A stretch of DNA of 64,000 nt from Balanoglossus misakiensis. Lineage: Eukaryota; Animalia; Hemichordata. Position 1 is the first letter of the stretch; every line of letters begins with the position of its first letter. The DNA is taken from the NCBI GenBank assembly GCA_040954595.2, contig CM082578.2, forward strand, positions 1,284,831 to 1,348,830. The letters are read 5' to 3'. Made by a program: the position numbers and the translations under genes. This document shows positions 37,701 through 49,791 of the stretch, in pieces. Below the pieces are notes generated by a model. The model was given only the letters and a program-made list of their open reading frames with translations, searched no databases and was not told the origin of the DNA.

Positions 37701-37964
37701 TAACAGGGTTTGAAGGAGACTTCTGTGAACATAATATCAATGAATGTGACGAGTACCCCTGTGAGAATAATTCAACATGTTACGACACTTTAGGCAGTTA
37801 TTATTGTTTGTGTGCTAATGGATTTGAAGGCAGCCACTGTGGGACCAACATTGATGATTGCCATGGTAACATGACATGTCAAAATGGTGCCACTTGTCAC
37901 GATGGAATAATGGAATTCACATGTGAATGCCCTCCGAGGTTCGAAGGGACACTTTGTGATAGAG
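31791..37964 (+). CDS. EGF / Ca-binding EGF repeat exons (31791-31890, 33657-34042, 34312-34515, 35347-35480, 35866-36059, 37130-37259, 37707-37964)
   Basis: D(I/V)(D/N)EC...PC.NG..C.D....Y.C.C..G+.G..C repeats; one Cys>Arg (FTCARV); 2-nt TG insertion at the start of 37130 gives a TAG. Confidence 0.9.
31930..32750 (+). mobile_element. Non-autonomous terminal-hairpin element (Crypton-like end structure)
   Basis: Right-end hairpin 32608-32750 with CTCG/CTCG mismatch; left end tttatcatacatgc (31930-43) complementary to gcatgtatgataaa (32593-606) just inside the hairpin. Confidence 0.7.
32821..33112 (-). mobile_element. Non-autonomous terminal-hairpin element, reverse orientation
   Basis: Hairpin 32821-32943 with core gcaCGAGc-gata-gCGAGtgc; 32944-65 is complementary (21/22) to the far end 33091-33112. 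Confidence 0.72.
36714..37107 (-). mobile_element. Degenerate terminal-hairpin element, reverse orientation
   Basis: Hairpin ~36714-36878 (aaagccaaaattcatgggCGAG...gcccatgaattttggcttt); attatattac (36874-83) complementary to gtaatataat (37098-107). Confidence 0.55.
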
Positions 37965-38063
37965 GTAACTGTGTGCTGACCATTTGTGATCCTATTCTTG
38001 GTTTCTTTAGTAATGTTTACTGTAAAATGGGAAATTTTTGCCGCAAACTACGCGAGAGCCAAA
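37798..38063 (+). repeat. 266-bp direct duplication of host exon/intron sequence; second copy 45140-45405
   Basis: ttattattgtttgtgtgct...cgcgagagccaaa on both sides of the 7.1-kb element; 3 substitutions seen. Confidence 0.95.
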
Positions 38064-39020
38064 TGAATTTTTTTAACTTTCCTAAATCACATTTTTGTTA
38101 GTTTCATTGAAAAGTACATAGAATTTCATGAAAAATGATACCTCATTTTAAAAAATTGACCAAAGATTAAGCAAGATTGACCAATTTTTGACCTTTAAGG
38201 TCAACGACCTTTTCAAAATTACTAAAAAGCAGCATTTTCACAGCCTCATAGAATTTTACCAAAAATTGTAAACATACTTCATCATGCATTTTCCAGTAGA
38301 AAACAACCTATTAAATGTCATTTTAAAATTGAACAGCATGTTTAAAGAGGAGTTTTAGGGCAAATCACTACCAAAAAATGAAAAAAATCAATTTTGTGCA
38401 ATGTGAAAATACCAAAAATTGGCCTTTCGGGCATTTTCATAGTTCTCTAAAAAAAAAAGTTTCAAAGTTAGGAGTCTAAAACTGATTATAGTCTTACTAA
38501 ATGTTACCCTTAAAATGCCTATTTTTTTCTGTGTACAAAAAATAACTGTAACTGGGAGAAAAATGGGCCTGAAAATGCTAATTTTGCCAATTTTACCAAG
38601 TGATAAAATGTGCTAAAATTTACCAAAAATCGCAATTTTCAAATGCGCATAAAATCAAAACCATACAAGCTAATCACATGAAACTTTCAGGATGTATTCA
38701 TTTTTATTTGTTCTTTACAAATAATGAGAAATTGTTGCTATATAAGTTTCACATTTGCTTCAATAAATTCTCTAAATTTGATTTAATCTGCTAAACTGCG
38801 CCAAAATCCACAAAAATGTGACATTGTAAGTGAAGTCGAAATGACTCGTTTTAGCAGTTTTAGCATTATTTTTATATGGTTATATGGTAAGCTACATTTA
38901 AAAACTGGACTAACAAAAACTGAAGCTTGTGTCAAGGTATGTACTAGTTTTTTATTTTTCTTATTGTCAAGTTTACAATAAACAGTTCAAAGCTATTTAC
39001 AGGCTGGCATGGCGTTAGTA

Positions 39021-42000
39021 TTAAGCCATAAAAAGTTTCTTGTACAAACTGTACCTATTTTCTATGTCATCCAAGTCAGGTACTATACAACATCTACCTT
39101 TCAGAACAATGTTAAATTCTGCATGAAAAACAAATTTTGATTCTACATATTCATCAACATCAACAACAGTGGGCCACTTAAATGTATTTTTGTACCCTGC
39201 TCTCATGTATTGAACTGTAGCTAACTCTCCAGATTTAGCTTCAACAACTTCTCCAATAAAGTAGCCTTGATCATAAGCAACTGCTACAGGCACACCCTGA
39301 CGAGTAAATTCATAGTGAAAACTCCACTCAGATGCCTCATTATCAGGTAACTCATCATCTGAACAAACAAGCTCTAAATCTGATTCAGAATCTGAAACAG
39401 GGGAAATCTGATCATGCTTTCGTTTCCCACTTTCAGGCAGACTACCAGACTGTCGTGCAAAATCAGATGAATGATCATCTGCAACTGCTGCAGGATTGGA
39501 ATTTAAATAAGCAATAAAATCTGTTTTGAGACAATCAAATGACTTTCTGCCCATTATTAGCCGTTCATCTTTTCTACCTAACACTTTTGTAACATATCTG
39601 ATTTCATTTTTCAGAACACTGGTTTGTTGTGTTTTAGAGTTGGCCTTTGACAACACCTTGGCAACATCACTTGCATTCTTGCATGGCCCCCCATGACTAA
39701 ATACACATGTTGTAATGGTTTGCAGACTGGCTGCTTTTGCAACTTCTTTCTCTTGCTTTCTTTTGCGACTCTCTTCTAATCTTTCTTGTGTTTTTATTTT
39801 AACATCTTTCTCTATTACTCTATATTTTTGCCGCATTGCTGAAGCTTTTGATCGAGCAAATTTCAACAAATGTTGTTGCTCATCAAAGCCTTTGGCAAAC
39901 AACCACTCTGAGATGGTGTGATTTGTCTTCAACATTTGTATGCTTGAATGATAAAATAGTGATGCATGTCGACGTTTAAACATGCCAAAGTCAAGATCAC
40001 CAAACTCATATTCACTTACCAGATTTGTCAATTTGCAATGTTTCATTTCATTTCTCAGTTCCTGGGTGGGTTTGGAACTATACTTTCCCCCAGGGAGGAA
40101 GTCTACAAGTTGTCGTTCAGTGACTATTATAAATGATGTCATCAGGTTTTCCAATGTACTTTTAGTCAGTGGTGAAGAAATGAAATCATCAGAGAACAAA
40201 CTGTCGTAGACTTCATCCCGACGGGGATTGTATTTGTCACCAAACACTCCATTTTGGTCCTTTCCCATCAGTGATGTTGAATCCATTGCCCACTCCTTAA
40301 ATTGTTCAAGCATTGCTTGAATGTGGATGTACTGGTCAACGTATTCAACATCACTTTGCAGCATTAACCAAAATGGACCAGTCACTTTATAATACAGGAT
40401 CCCTAGGGCTCTGGTCAATGCAATTAGCTGTTGACAATTACAGTCAAGTAGAACACTTTCCAGTTTCATATTCATAGACTCAAAATAATTTGTTAGGAAA
40501 TCTGATATCTCTGTGGCATGATGAACTAAAGTGGCAGCTCCAAGAAAGAAATTATTGAAGCGGTTCATTCTAAAACTAGTTATGTATGATTTCTTTTTCA
40601 AGTTTTCACTGAGAAAGGATACCCACTTCATTCTGCAACCATTTTTTTCATCTCCTCTTGGTCCAAGCACATCACACCCAGTCCTGACAAACCGACAAGT
40701 AGCTGAACCTGAGGCCGATTTGAACCTCTGGAATTTCGATGAGGCATCACGACCTAATCCATGACCTAGCTCTGACACTAGTTGTCGTTCAATTTCCCTC
40801 AATTTTGACTCAACGGCTGTGCTAAGACCAAGAAGGAAATGGGCATTGCAGAATAGAAAGTGAGTGTCCATTTCTGTCCCAAAATATTCAGTTTTATAAT
40901 CAGTTAATAGATTATTAAAGGCTTTATTTACACTAGATCTGTCTCCCATGATAGCAAACATTTTCCCAAGGAGAGTTTTAAAAATGGTATCTCTCTCAAC
41001 ATTATCGCACTCTGAATATAAATCACTCAATTCATCAATCATAGAGATGACATTATCCAGTAATGTTGAGCTGTCCTCAACTGCCACTGGTGAAAAACCA
41101 AGAGACATGGTTTTTTTGTTTTCTAGTGTAATTTGTTTACCAATTATCTTTTTTTGATCACGCGAGGTACCATCACTGTGTAAGTCCCACCGCTCTGTCA
41201 AAGTCCCTTCCTCTGCCACTTGATATTTGGCCAAAACATGTGCCCTGTCTACAAAATTTTGTACTGTAGAAGCACTGGGGAGGTCCTTGTCATCCAAGTT
41301 TTCATCATGCAGCCACTTACTCACACATTTGATAACCTTTTTGACATTTTTGGATGATACCTCACACTCCCCTGCTAATTCCATAGAACACATTTCTAAA
41401 GCATCGGTGAATTTATTTGTAGACCCTTCCCTAGTCTGGAAAGTGCAAGCATTATGAGTTTGGCTGTTATGCAATACACCCTGAAGGTCAAGGACCTCTG
41501 CTTTTAAACCCTTTACTTCACTTGACAGTAATTTCATTTTTATTTTATTTCTCAGATTGACATGCTTATATTTACTAATTAAAGTTTGCAATCCATGGGT
41601 TTGACGCTTTAACTGTGTTATTTTCGCTTGATCAATGTTAGTGGTGTCTCTTTGTGTTTCGATCTCCTTTTCCCGTCTCTCTAACTTCTTCAGCTTTCTC
41701 AGGTTTCTTTTATAGTTCACTGTGCCTTTCACTTGTCTAAGCTCGTTTTGGATGTTTCTCACCACTTTCTCCTTTGCAACAATTCTTGCTTTCAGAACTG
41801 ACTGTTTTGTCTCTATGTTTTGAATAACTTTGGTCTTCCCTTCAATGCATTTTGACAGCTTGTTAACTTCTTTCTGCTTTTCGGTGACAAGTTCTGTCAG
41901 GGCAGAAATTTGAATCTTAAGTGTTTCAGTGGCACTGTCATCTGACAAAACACTCCTGTTACCGGATCCGGAACATTTCCTCTTTTGCTTCTGTGGTTTT

Positions 42001-43929
42001 GATGACGTCGAACTGGAAGGAGCAGCCTGACTGCAATCTACACGGAAAATCTCCTCTTTAAAGCTGGCCCCTGCATCATCATTCCGGGACTTGTTTTTAT
42101 TAAGTTTCCGGAACCTCTGTTGCACTCTAGCAATTTCTTTCTTAAGAAATTTCGAATCATGGATGGTAGACTGAAGAATAGGATTTAATGAATGCAAAAA
42201 ATGCATCAAATGCACACTGGTGAGCTTCTCGGACTGAAAAAACTCGGACAGTTCCAGCACTAAACCATTTGTCATGTGGCATTCCCTTGCTGAGGATGGT
42301 AACTCACTAAAGTCGTGCACATGCTTTCGCTGAAGGCCTACGCTTGCTGAAAACTTGCCTATGTAATTGACGTCGACTGCTATCTGATCGTAAAATTCCT
42401 TTCTTGTCTCATCTGACTGACTCAGTGCCCTATCTACAGCATCCCTGATGTGATACTGAAAGCGGTGACGAGGGTAGTGCGGAAACAGCATACTGAGCCA
42501 TGTACATGCTTTCTCCCAGGAAGAAGCAGATTCTGTCATCAGGAGATAAACTTGCAGAAGGAGCCTATTGGTAAGAGGCAACTCTGGAAGTTTATGACGC
42601 CTACCTCTACCCCTAGCTAGGAATGTAGCCCTTAGACTATGCATTGTGTCATTAACTGAAATGGAATAAAAAAAATATTTAATACTATGTCACTTCCTAG
42701 GAATAAGTACTTAACAGTAACACTTATTCATCTACCACACCAGGTCTTGAACTTACCACATGAAAACGCGTTTGCATTCATTAAATCCTATTCTTCAGTC
42801 TACCATCCATGATTCGAAATTTCTTAAGAAAGAAATTGATAGAGTGCGACAGAGGTTCCGGAAACTTAATAAAAACAAGTCACGGAATGATGATGCAGGG
42901 GCCAGCTTTAAAGAGGAGATTTTCAGTCAGGCTCTCCTTCCAGTTCCACGTCATCAAAACCACAGAAGCAAAAGAGGAAATGTTCCAGATCCGGTAACAG
43001 GAGTGTTTTGTCAGATGACAGTGCCACTGAAACACTTAAGATTCAAATTTCTGCCCTGACAGAACTTGTCACCGAAAAGCAGAAAGAAGTTAACAAGCTG
43101 TCAAAATGCATTGAAGGGAAGACCAAAGTAATTCAAAACATAGAGACAAAACAGTCAGTTCTGAAAGAAAGAACTGTTGCTAAGGAGAAAATGGTGAGAA
43201 ACATCCAAAAAGAGCTTAGACAAGTGAAAGGCACAGTGAACTATAAAAGAAACTTTAGAAAGCTGAAGAAGTTAGAGGGACAGGAAAAGGAGATCGAAAC
43301 ACAAAAAGACAAAAAATGTCGAAGTTAAAATACCAAAGACAATTAATCCAAAATTTTAAAAATACAGAGAAAATTTATTTTAATGTTCCAAGTTTTCACG
43401 TTTTTTGTGTTATCAAATATTGACCCTTTTTTGTTAATGCTGTGGAAAATTCGTTCGCTGATGCAAGTTAGCAAAAGTTTAGTAATCAACGGTCCCCCTG
43501 ATAATGAGTGACTGTGGTCAATCAACACTGGACGCCATCTTAGAGTCTAGACTGGAAATATATATCCGATGAAATAAATATGTTTTCTTACAATGCATAT
43601 GTTGAAATGTTCCCGAAAAGAGTTTACGATCGTTTTATTCTACGTCTTAGCATCATTCATATTTTTTTTCAGGTCGATATTCAAATCAGTAGTGTATTTT
43701 CGCTTGCCGAAACTCGAGACCGCTCAGCTGAAATCGGCCGTTCATTTGAGCTATCAATCCTGTGTAACACAGTAAAGTACCACAGGAACACTCACACGCG
43801 TACGATCATTTTATCTGAGTCTTTGTAAATCTGAATTCATGACAGCAAAATAAGATTGGATAGCTTTAAAATGTTTTATTTCATAACATACTCACTTATT
43901 TCAGAATATAGTGTCATTATCTCGTCCAT
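39021..43929 (-). CDS. Divergent hAT-like transposase, two exons (43929-43896 and 42655-39021), about 1222 aa
   Basis: Motifs LHSDGTS, MGDRSSVN, FCNAHFL, NRFN, TNLVSEYEFG fit the D/D/CxxH/RW-like/E order. Exon 1 MDEIMTLYSEI with GTGAGT donor at 43895 joins the TTTCAG acceptor at 42656 in frame to the 1207-aa ORF. Confidence 0.75.
42772..43310 (+). repeat. Inverted (antisense) copy of transposase exon 2 segment 41646-42197, inside the transposase intron
   Basis: + strand ORFs 42760 and 43008 reproduce transposase residues (LHSLNPILQSTIHDSK..., SDDSATETLKIQ...); 12-nt and 1-nt deletions, about 16 substitutions by eye. Confidence 0.95.
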
Positions 43930-44065
43930 TTTTGAAGGTGACACAGAACAGCGAACGGGTTCAAACGAATCGCCTATTGCCGCCATTTTCTGCTAACACG
44001 GATCTTACACGATTCGCGCATACATAGCACCCTATTCAATAGTGGCGCTCCGTGATGATCGCGGG

Positions 44066-44586
44066 TTGCCTTTCCAGAGGGCGCCGTCAATGACCTTTGG
44101 CTTTTCAGAGACGCGGTGCAAGACGTCTCTCCAAATCCGTTTGAGCTCGTGCTCTGATTGGCTAGTACCATGCAAGATGTTGCTTCAGATGATTGGCTAA
44201 TATGCCAGACAGAAGTTCCATCGCGTGCATGGATCGCGTGCACGTTCGATCAGTACGCGTAACGTCCTTGTCACGTGACGTGGCATACGTGTAGAACAGA
44301 CGTTCAGAACAACAAACGACACTTGTACTCGTAAATTATGATTACGTGTAAAATAATTCCGATTATCTCAATTTTTGGCGATCGATCTATAAAAATGAAA
44401 CCGTGAAGTAAGTAGGCAACCATGGTGATACTTCCGGTGGAACGCCATTGACGAATCAGTTACCTTCCCCTAAATCGAACGCCACTTCAGCGCTCTCATT
44501 GGTTGAACGAAACGGATTTGGAGAGACCTCTTGACCGCGTCTCTGAAAAAGCCAAAGGTCATTGAGGGCGCCCTCTTGAGAGGCAA
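44066..44586. mobile_element. MITE with about 75-bp TIRs and 9-bp TSD (Mutator-like), nested upstream of the hAT-like transposase
   Basis: TSD GATCGCGGG at 44057-65 and 44587-95; TIR TTGCCT.TC.AGAGGGCGCC.TCAATGACCTTTGGC...CCAAATCCGTTT. Confidence 0.88.
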
Positions 44587-45483
44587 GATCGCGGGTAGTG
44601 AAAAACGAAGTTCATTTTCGAAAAAATTACTAAATGAGCTTTTGAAATATATTTTTTTCGATCGAAAATGGTAAAGTTTGCGAGATTTGCGGACACTTTA
44701 AAGTTTTTGAATCAAATTTTCGCCAGGAAGTCGGTACAGTTAACAAGAAAAAAATGCACGAATCAACAGCTCTGAATTCAGAGATTATTTTAATGACAGT
44801 TAAAAGGCCCTTTGCCTTTCCAACAAGGAGCGCAAGAGGGCGATGCACGACGTAGTTGAAATTCATGATTTGAGAAGCGCGTTCGGAGCGGCCGTCACTG
44901 CCGAGATCGCGTGTGACTACACGCGTTTATGCACGTTTTTCACAAATTTTTAATATTTTCACATAAAAACCACTTATATCACCAGAAAGCTGAAATAATT
45001 TACTTTCATATAGTGCTAATTTTGTGAACATTTTCAAAACTACGGACAAGTTACAACTGTTTAAAAATTGTCATTTTTTAAATTTTTTCATCAATGGATA
45101 CATTGTACACCTCTGTGCATGCAGTGCTTGGGATACCTATTATTATTGTTTGTGTGCTAATGGATTTGAAGGTAGCCACTGTGGGACCAACATTGATGAT
45201 TGCCATGGTAACATGACATGTCAAAATGGTTCCACTTGTCACGATGGAATAATGGAATTCACATGTGAATGCCCTCCGAGGTTCGAAGGGACACTTTGTG
45301 ATAAAGGTAACTGTGTGCTGACCATTTGTGATCCTATTCTTGGTTTCTTTAGTAATGTTTACTGTAAAATGGGAAATTTTTGCCGCAAACTACGCGAGAG
45401 CCAAAATAACATGCAAATAAAACGTCGCGTAAAAAAAATTTCGGAGATAACAATGCAGTGAAATACACGAACACGAAACTTAA

Positions 45484-45830
45484 AGGGACAAAGTCTCTCT
45501 CTCGCTGCCCCTTTTTCCATTAATTATGTTTGATACAAGACACTGTTTATGTTAATGTACATGTGGATATATAGTGAATCAATGATAAACCACACAAAAC
45601 TTCCATCCCACTTGTATGATATGAGAGTAAAAACTCGCCCAAAATGAATAAATGGTAAAGAACGATTATTCATTTTGGCGAGATTTTCACTCTCCTGTCT
45701 ATAAGAGGGATGGAAGTTGTGTGTGGTTGAACGTTCATGCGCTATATATCCACATGTAGAATAACAAACAGTGTCTTGTATCAAATATAATTAATGGAAA
45801 AAAGTGCAGCGAGAGAGAGACTTTGTCCCT
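45484..45830. mobile_element. Kolobok-like MITE (TTAA TSD, AGG...CCT) nested in a TA-MITE; related copies at ~1660-1780, 28690-28990, 54832-55730, 57878-58020
   Basis: TTAA-AGGGACAAAGTCTCTCTCTCGCTGC...GCAGCGAGAGAGAGACTTTGTCCCT-TTAA. Confidence 0.85.
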
Positions 45831-46577
45831 TTAATCGTTGTGTAACAGTTGCCCCTTTTGATATCGCGAAAATTCCCTGTCGCGAAAATTTCCCATTTTC
45901 CAGTATTTATTTCCATGCTATACCATGCATATTACTTTTTACAGCCTGAATTTCATTTACCTGTATTCTTCTTTCTCAGAAATCTGTCGATCAATTTACC
46001 AATCATTGAATGTATTATATAAATAAGCAAGCAGGCTTGCTGCACAATCAGATGTATAGAGGCTTGGATCTTTCATTACATTTGCTGGTTCTTTGCTGTT
46101 CTGTTCTCGGATGTACGCCTCACTACATGTACATCTGAATCTACTCCATTGAAAATGTTGAATGTGTTTTTTCAAAAGTAACCAATCTAAAAGCAGCTAA
46201 CTTAACGCTTTTTGCTATGTGTTCTGACAGGTGCATTATGTCTTCTGTAACGAGTGCTTAGATTGGCTTGAGAAAGCACATGATTTTCTATGTGCATATG
46301 AGGTGAATATTTGAGAATAGGAAAGCAAAGAACTAGCGATTGTAAATATCAATCAAACACTACACCAGTTAGCCAGCAAGCCATCCAGGAAACAAACTCA
46401 TATGTTAGTATTTTCATTTTAGCTTGAAGTACAGTTTTATAGAACTGATAATATTCTATAGATGAAAGTACATAGTACATACCATTCCAGTACAAACAAG
46501 TAATAATAAGCTGCACATGTTTTGGTTGTAAAGCTTAGTCTAATGTTCTGTTATGTTTGCTTTTATATTTCTAACAG

Positions 46578-48114
46578 AAAAGTCATCCAATTATGATCTC
46601 TTCTTCGATGGAGCTGACTCAATGGTTGTCTCACCAACATTTAATTGCAGTCAAGACTTCAGTGTATCACTGTGGGTCAGATATAGCACCACTGATAAAT
46701 CAACACCAGGTGTCTATCTTACCATAGCATTGCAAGGATCAAGGTACTCTTTATGTTATTCTTTCTAGTCTGCAACCAATCTGATTAAAATCAGAAGCCC
46801 CCGTTCAACCTCCCGTTGTGGCCAGGCCAATCAGTACAGTTGAAAGTTCCTGCACTAAAAAAATAAATATTACAATGAAATGAAATATAATGTCTCGGGA
46901 GTTCATTTACTTCCATGTGTTCTAGTGGATGAGATAATGCTTTGTTTAGGAATTTCAAAGTGGGAAATGCAACGTTTTCTCATTGTATTTTGCATTTTCT
47001 CACGGTGGCGACCATATTCCTTTGCGGCAAAGATTTATTATTTGTCTGGTTTAAACTTGCATATGCACTCATACTTACGGTTCATAATACTTGTACATAG
47101 TTCAGTGCATACTTCTGTATGGGCTAAAGGTGGTGCAGTTTGAAAAAAATGTGATAATTTCCCAAAAGTAACAGCTGATGCACCGATTTATGTCTAATCT
47201 CTGTTTTGAATTTCTTGGCAGCTTAACCCAAGTTGATAGTACCCTTCTTGTCCTGGACAGAAGTCTATCTGTCAGTACAAATGGTGTAACCGTATCAGTT
47301 GATGACAACTCGTGGCATAATGTTGTCATGGTAATTGAAGAAGGCATTGTGGCAGTTTACTTGAATGGTGTTGCAGTAACATCACCCCTTCCATCCTGGA
47401 CAGGTATCGCTGACTCAGAAAAGTATTGTAAGTTGCTAGTGGAACTCCGAACATTTTTAACTCCTACAAAGCCATTGAAAATTGTCATCATCACATGTTA
47501 AAATTCTATATTTTCCTATACTGTCAAGTTTTCCCAAGCCTCAAGAGAAGTGAACCATTTATTTGTGAAGCAGTTATCTTGTTTATAACTTATCTGCTAG
47601 GTAGCTTGTCTTACTCCTACATGACAATACAATATCATCATAACATGTTGCGACTTACAACAAAACAGGCCAAAAAATTCAAGGGAGCAAACTATGGACA
47701 TCAGCAAAGCTATCTTCGTGGCACTTTCAAATTCAAACTTATGCGGAACGATACTGATTTTCACAGTTTATTTTTGACAACTTCTTACCAGCACTTTTAA
47801 TGAATTCATTATTCTCTTGTTTTTCAACAGCTGTATGGTAATTCTTGGTCAAAGCTATGACGAAAATGGACTCCTTGACAACTACTTTAGCTTCCATGGT
47901 GATGTTACACAGATGAATGTATACGATTATGTATTGACTCCTGTTGAAATCCAGAGTCTGGCTTTGAACTGTTCACAAAATCCACTTGGCAATCATGTCA
48001 TGTGGGTTGAAATGGATCAAGAGTTATTGGGTAGTGTGGTCAAAATCCAGCCATCAGCTTGTGGAAGTACCAGGTGCCCAATTGGTTACTCTGGTTCACC
48101 ATGCACACCTGTTG
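46578..48114 (+). CDS. Pentraxin/LamG-like domain exons (46578-46743, 47222-~47427, 47831-48114)
   Basis: FSVSLWVR, DDNSWHNVVM, VILGQ...FHGDVTQMNVYDYVLT; donor phase at ~47422-47427 is ambiguous. Confidence 0.85.
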
Positions 48115-48449
48115 GTAAATAGCCTTATTCATTACTATCAAACAATGTTATGCATAATCTGACGAGGAGAAATTGGGTCATATTCACAGAAATGATTAAT
48201 CCTAAATCCTTACTTTAACACAGCTCTCCTTGTAATGTTGTGTCTGTCCAGGGAAAACTGTGAAATTTTGAGTAGTTTTTCCTGTGTACATTCACCAGCC
48301 CCTAGCTGCTGTGTGTTGTACTCCAATCACACAGCCTGCAATCTCCCTACTTTAGGAAGTATAGGGAATCATCATCTGCCCATGCCTGTATCGCTCACTC
48401 TTTTTGTTTCTACCGTACATGTATTTAACACTGAATGTAATGATACTAT

Positions 48450-48551
48450 TCACAACCACCACCACCATCATCATCATCATAATCATCATCACCACCACCA
48501 CCACCACCATCATCATCATCATCGTCATCATCATCACCATCATCATCATCA
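48450..48551. repeat. (CAT/CAC)n microsatellite, intronic; another at ~62117-62172
   Basis: Direct reading. Confidence 0.95.
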
Positions 48552-48850
48552 GTTTCTGCTGTTCCAAGAACTAGGCTTATCATGAGTGTAATTGATCATA
48601 TCAGTTATTATGCCTATGGATACCATCTCATGACTCCTGTCTATCTTGTAGTGTTTCTTGACAGTGATCTAGTCTATTCACATGTATCAGAAAACAAGCA
48701 CTTAACAATATCTGGATTTCTCATGAATATGTGACAGATATTAACATCTAGTAGTGCATTTACCTAAATGTACCAGTGTATGCATAGGGGGGTGTGGACC
48801 AGTTGTTTAATTTACAAACATTTGTTATTCTTTCACTTTTTTTTCTTCAG

Positions 48851-49791
48851 ATAAACACGCTCCTGAAGTCATTTACTGTCCCAATACGACCCGTATAATT
48901 AGTCCTAATAGCTTGACAACAGGAGTATGGCAGGAGCCTATATTTACAGATGATGTCGCCATTGCCAATGTGACACAAACCTACACAATGGGTAAGTTTC
49001 CTATAAAATATCATTTCTGATTATAGATAATATATAACATTCACACTAACTAAGTTTTTTTTATCGGGGTGGGGTGGGGAGTTGATCTAAACAGAAACCA
49101 ACAAGCTGAGACAAATTTCCTAAGATTATGGTCAGTATGAAGCATACTGGTACAGTTTATTCTTGTGGCCGTTACTCATATATGGCTAGCACATCCTATG
49201 TGCGACAGATGATCTTGCTTCCAAGTATTAAAGCCTCAATTGCTGATACTATTACCATATGTTTATAGGCCCTTTCCTCGATCCCAAGGCAGTACAATGA
49301 AGTTAAAACTCGAAAGCATTTGTGTTTGCACGTAATTGTTTATTGGAAACAAAAGATTTGACCAACTGTTGAGCAAGGCCTTTAATCAGTAAAGTACTTA
49401 ATATTCTCCACTACTACTGGGGATACCCATACCACAAATGTTGTGTTCTCTTACAATGGGCAGTTGAATAAACGTGTGCGGCACCATATCTGTTTAGTAT
49501 ACATATCTTGTTCATGTTTATATGTACAGTCACAATCAGGAGTTGATAATATGCCTGTGTATACCCACCAGATAGCTCACTTAAATGGACCATTCTAAGT
49601 TTGAAAAGAAAATCATGAAAAACATTCAAGAAACGGAAGCTATTTTGGCTTTAGCACCCATGCCTGTAATGATGTGCATAATTTTGTTCTTACAGGTGAC
49701 ACCTTTTCCTGGGGAACTTACCAGATCAGCTATGTTGCTTCAGATACAGCTGGCAACAATGCACAGTGCAACTTTTTACTCTATGTACTGC
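48851..49791 (+). CDS. HYR domain exons (48851-48991, 49696-49791)
   Basis: DKHAPEVIYCP...WQEPIFTDDV / GDTFSWGTYQISYVASDTAGNNAQCNF. Confidence 0.88.

Larger units (their letters stand above)
38064..45139 (-). mobile_element. One-ended hAT-like DNA transposon (about 7.1 kb)
   Basis: Bounded by the 266-bp duplication; 45139 end reads TAGGTATCCCAAGC on minus strand; no matching TIR at 38064; encodes a DDE-like protein. Confidence 0.75.

Noticed and set aside
42760-43328. Separate small + strand genes
   Set aside because: They are the frameshifted inverted copy of the transposase exon.
48235-48585. Poly-His / poly-Met ORFs
   Set aside because: Translation of an intronic (CAT/CAC)n microsatellite.
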